DNA from: Candidatus Saccharimonadales bacterium
GTDB lineage: Bacteria > Patescibacteriota > Saccharimonadia > Saccharimonadales > EFPC-124
Direction: 5' to 3'
NCBI GenBank assembly: GCA_050730875.1
Contig: JBOHNX010000002.1
Location: forward strand, 2,894-66,893
DNA length: 64,000 nucleotides
In this document: one piece after another, positions 61,407 to 64,000 of the stretch
Position numbering within the stretch: the stretch's first letter is position 1
Layout: the number at the start of each line of letters is the position of its first letter
The notes under the pieces: model-generated
Database searches by the model: none
The model's input: the letters and a program-made list of their open reading frames with translations, nothing else
Told to the model about the DNA's origin: nothing
Made by a program: the position numbers and the translations under genes

Positions 61407-61718
61407 ATGAAACCACCCATTAAACTTCCTCCAGTCGTAGTAGCGTATCTCATAAAGCTGAAGCCATTGGCTCTGCACCATTATTTTGTGTTTTTGCTTT
61501 TACTACTGCTTGGCCTTACTTTGGCGGTTTATCAGGTCAATCAAATACTCAGCATGCCGACAGATGAAAATTACAGGCAAGAAAAACTGAGCTCTGGACT
61601 AAAGGTCAGGTTTGATCAAGACACAATCGAAAAGGTAAAAAGCCTGCAAAAAAGTAGCGAGCAAGCTACCGGCTCTGAGCCTCTGCCCGCTGGCCGCATC
61701 AATCCGTTTGCAGAGTAA
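61407..61718 (+). CDS. small single-TM protein, last gene of the pilus cluster
   Basis: 103-aa ORF starting 2 nt after pilO. One TM span. Confidence 0.4.
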   Translation: MKPPIKLPPVVVAYLIKLKPLALHHYFVFLLLLLLGLTLAVYQVNQILSMPTDENYRQEKLSSGLKVRFDQDTIEKVKSLQKSSEQATGSEPLPAGRINPFAE

Positions 61719-61723
61719 TTAGT

Positions 61724-63139
61724 TTATTTTTCGCCGCCGGTCGTTGCCGACCATGCTTTGCGGATACCGCGAGCAATATTCTGGCGGTATTCATATGCCG
61801 CGTAACCTGCTGCCATTGTCCCCACTGTGCCAAGCAACCAATAATTTGGCCCTGGAGGAATGGTCGCTGGCGTAGCCGCAACAGTTTGCGCGGTGTCTTT
61901 TGATTTTTGTGATTTCTTTTTACCTGCGACCTTCTTTGACGTAGCTTTTTTGGCTGTTTTCTTTTTGGCAGCAGTTTTCTTTGGAGCTTTAGATTTGGCA
62001 CTTGTCGTCGCCGCTTGCACCGGCAATGTAAGAGTGTTTAGTAGGCCAGGTGTGGGCGTTGTAGTCCAATGCCAGCCCGAATCGTCCTTCATCCAGCTCT
62101 GGCCTTCTTTAGCTTTGTCATAATTTGGAGCTTCGTCTACAATCTCTCCTGTCGGACTAAGAATGCGCACTGGGCTGCCGCTATTGCTGAGGCTTAACTT
62201 TGATTGCGCGGACGTAATTGCGATATAGCTGTGCGGTTCGATTGTAAGGTCGCCTATCGTAAATTTATAGCGAAAATCACTCCTTGTTTGCACCACATAA
62301 TCCTTAATGTTCACTGGCAGGTCATTGGGGTTATACAGTTCTATAAATTCGTGCTCGGCATCGGTTTGCGGACTTGCCGGATCTGGCAGCAGCTCGGTTA
62401 TGTGCACCGGTAAGTACTGGGGCGGATCTACCCCACCTCTGCCCGGGTCAACGGGTGGTTCAGGTTCAGGTTCGGGGTCAGGATCGGCCGGAGGTTCGTC
62501 TGGCTCGCATTCGCTTGTGTCGTCCGCCACACCAGTCAGGCCTGGTGTCGGGAGCTCACAACCAACTATAAAATCAGCTTGGTTATTATCGGTGTCAATA
62601 AACAAGCCGCCTTCGTTAACCTGGCGTTTTAGGCTCTTTCCGAACGGCGGCGCAGGGGCAGGTTGCGTTTCGGCCGACACCGCGGTACCGTAGCCAAGCA
62701 AGTCGTGTACACCAGCGGGGTCGGTATTCATTATTCCAGTACCAAAACGTATCTGACCGCCAGCATCACTGAAACCAAGCGGAGCGATAATCTCCCCTTC
62801 GACATCTAGTATGTCATAGCTCGCAATGACCAAGTGACTAAATGGTGGTATCTCGACTTTGCAGGCATCAATCGGTTCGCACGAAATAGTCTTTTTGGTA
62901 GTCCAGCTGCCAGTACTGGCTGCCGACCGGTATTGCAGTTTCCAGCCGGTTATATCTACAGTGGCAGCATTAGGATTGTAGATTTCAATAAAATCATTGC
63001 CCTTTTTATCCTCTGCTTCCGCCGTTTGCAGCTCGACAATCAAAAGATTGTACAGTGCTGGTGATTCAGCGGCCACCGGCTGTGCGCTACCAAAAATCAG
63101 CGCAAAAATAGCAATAGCTACTTTAAAGCTTGTTTTCAT
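61724..63139 (-). CDS. surface protein with two lamin-tail-like domains, Lys-rich tract and C-terminal TM anchor
   Basis: Signal peptide from the ATG at 63139. FIEIYNPN and FIELYNPN LTD signatures. Acidic/Pro linker, KSKAPKKTAAKKKTAKKATSKKVAGKKKSQKSK, then a hydrophobic span. Confidence 0.65.
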   Translation of the reverse strand: MKTSFKVAIAIFALIFGSAQPVAAESPALYNLLIVELQTAEAEDKKGNDFIEIYNPNAATVDITGWKLQYRSAASTGSWTTKKTISCEPIDACKVEIPPFSHLVIASYDILDVEGEIIAPLGFSDAGGQIRFGTGIMNTDPAGVHDLLGYGTAVSAETQPAPAPPFGKSLKRQVNEGGLFIDTDNNQADFIVGCELPTPGLTGVADDTSECEPDEPPADPDPEPEPEPPVDPGRGGVDPPQYLPVHITELLPDPASPQTDAEHEFIELYNPNDLPVNIKDYVVQTRSDFRYKFTIGDLTIEPHSYIAITSAQSKLSLSNSGSPVRILSPTGEIVDEAPNYDKAKEGQSWMKDDSGWHWTTTPTPGLLNTLTLPVQAATTSAKSKAPKKTAAKKKTAKKATSKKVAGKKKSQKSKDTAQTVAATPATIPPGPNYWLLGTVGTMAAGYAAYEYRQNIARGIRKAWSATTGGEK

Positions 63140-63218
63140 ACCATAAGCAGTATGCCTTGTTTTGGTTTTGTTTGTAAAGCACAATCTTTTCCACAAACAA
63201 CTCGGCTATAATGGGGCT

Positions 63219-63800
63219 ATGCTTGCACTGAAAGACCGTCTTGTTGATGTGCCGATTATGAGCCTGCAAACGGGTAGCGAGGTTGCTCGGACCGAGGGTC
63301 CTATTATTGATCCCCGTCAGCTTATTGTGCCGGCGTTTTACTGTGAGGGCCCTATGTTGGATATCAACCCTGCGATACTGCACACCAGCGATATCCGCGA
63401 AGTCAGCAATATCGGGTTTATTGTCGATAGTTCTGACGATCTTATGTCGCCCGACGATTTGGTGCGGCTACAAGAAGTTCTGGCATTTAAATTTGAGTTA
63501 GATGGCAAACAAGTTATCGAAGATACTGGCCGCAAAGTCGGCAAAGTCGTAAATTACGCTGTCGATACCGACTCGTTTTATATCATTAAACTGCACGTTA
63601 AACCCGGCATGCTGCACGCATGGCAAACGGCAGAACTTATTATTGACCGTACTCAGGTCCGCGAGGTCACCGATACTCACATTGTCGTCAAGTCGGCCGT
63701 GATCAAAGACGAAGAGCCAGCCAAGGCAGATCTTAAACCAGTAGTAGAGAACCCGTTCCGGCGCCCTCAGGCCGAGGCATCACGCTTGGACGAAACTTAA
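63219..63800 (+). CDS. PRC-barrel-like domain protein (two repeats), tentative
   Basis: ATG at 63219 avoids overlap with the LTD gene. Two similar beta-rich halves (VPIMSLQTGSEVAR; VIEDTGRKVGKV). Confidence 0.4.
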   Translation: MLALKDRLVDVPIMSLQTGSEVARTEGPIIDPRQLIVPAFYCEGPMLDINPAILHTSDIREVSNIGFIVDSSDDLMSPDDLVRLQEVLAFKFELDGKQVIEDTGRKVGKVVNYAVDTDSFYIIKLHVKPGMLHAWQTAELIIDRTQVREVTDTHIVVKSAVIKDEEPAKADLKPVVENPFRRPQAEASRLDET

Positions 63801-63802
63801 TC

Positions 63803-64000
63803 CTATTCGCTCAGCGTCCGTCTAATGTCATCGTAACTAAAACCTTGCCGGGCTAAGTATTGCATGAACTTTTGTTCGTCTGGGTAGCGGCGGCGTTTTT
63901 TGGCGATTATTTCTTTGAGTGCAGTCAATTCGTTGTATTCGCTCTCGTCCAGTACTTCGTTCACGATGTCGTCGCTCACCCCTTTTTGTCGTAATTCAAG
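63803..64000 (-). CDS. recX: RecX C-terminal fragment (5' end beyond window)
   Basis: My own translation of the minus strand gives LELRQKGVSDDIVNEVLDESEYNELTALKEIIAKKRRRYPDEQKFMQYLARQGFSYDDIRRTLSE*, a typical RecX repeat 2-3. Not in the ORF track because the start is missing. Confidence 0.65.
   Translation of the reverse strand, partial: LELRQKGVSDDIVNEVLDESEYNELTALKEIIAKKRRRYPDEQKFMQYLARQGFSYDDIRRTLSE

Overview
This is a gene-dense bacterial chromosome segment. By eye it is about 45-50% GC, with two short blocks near 65-70% GC. Gene content: a secretin-less type IV pilus cluster, two sortases, three NUDIX hydrolases plus other nucleotide-salvage-type enzymes, a half-length tsaB, rny and ymdB in one gene string, a few cell-wall genes and little biosynthesis. 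This fits a reduced-genome monoderm, most plausibly a Saccharibacteria/TM7-like CPR epibiont; that assignment is inference only. I recognise about 70 protein genes and five tRNAs (Lys-CTT, Arg-TCT, His-GTG, Gly-TCC, Pro-TGG, all with encoded CCA). I saw no rRNA, CRISPR array, transposase or integrase. The signal the ORF track does not explain is a family of five noncoding elements attached to tRNA genes. Behind tRNA-Lys and tRNA-His sits a roughly 190-200-bp insert that ends in a perfect 21-nt copy of that tRNA's T-loop-to-3'-end segment. The two inserts share a 49-nt core (47/49 identical) and a stem with compensatory changes. Three more copies surround tRNA-Pro, where they bracket a mosaic accessory segment that includes actinobacterial-looking high-GC genes. 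Other points of interest: a LigD plus two-Ku NHEJ set next to a frameshifted gene; a membrane-anchored Hsp100 homolog that lacks both pore-loop tyrosines; Prx-CofE-like and HTH-MurA fusions; a 55-aa LADTG sorting-signal micro-protein beside a sortase and a GT2 synthase; and a duplicated micro-ORF wedged between pilM and pilN. All functional calls rest on motifs read by eye, with no database search.
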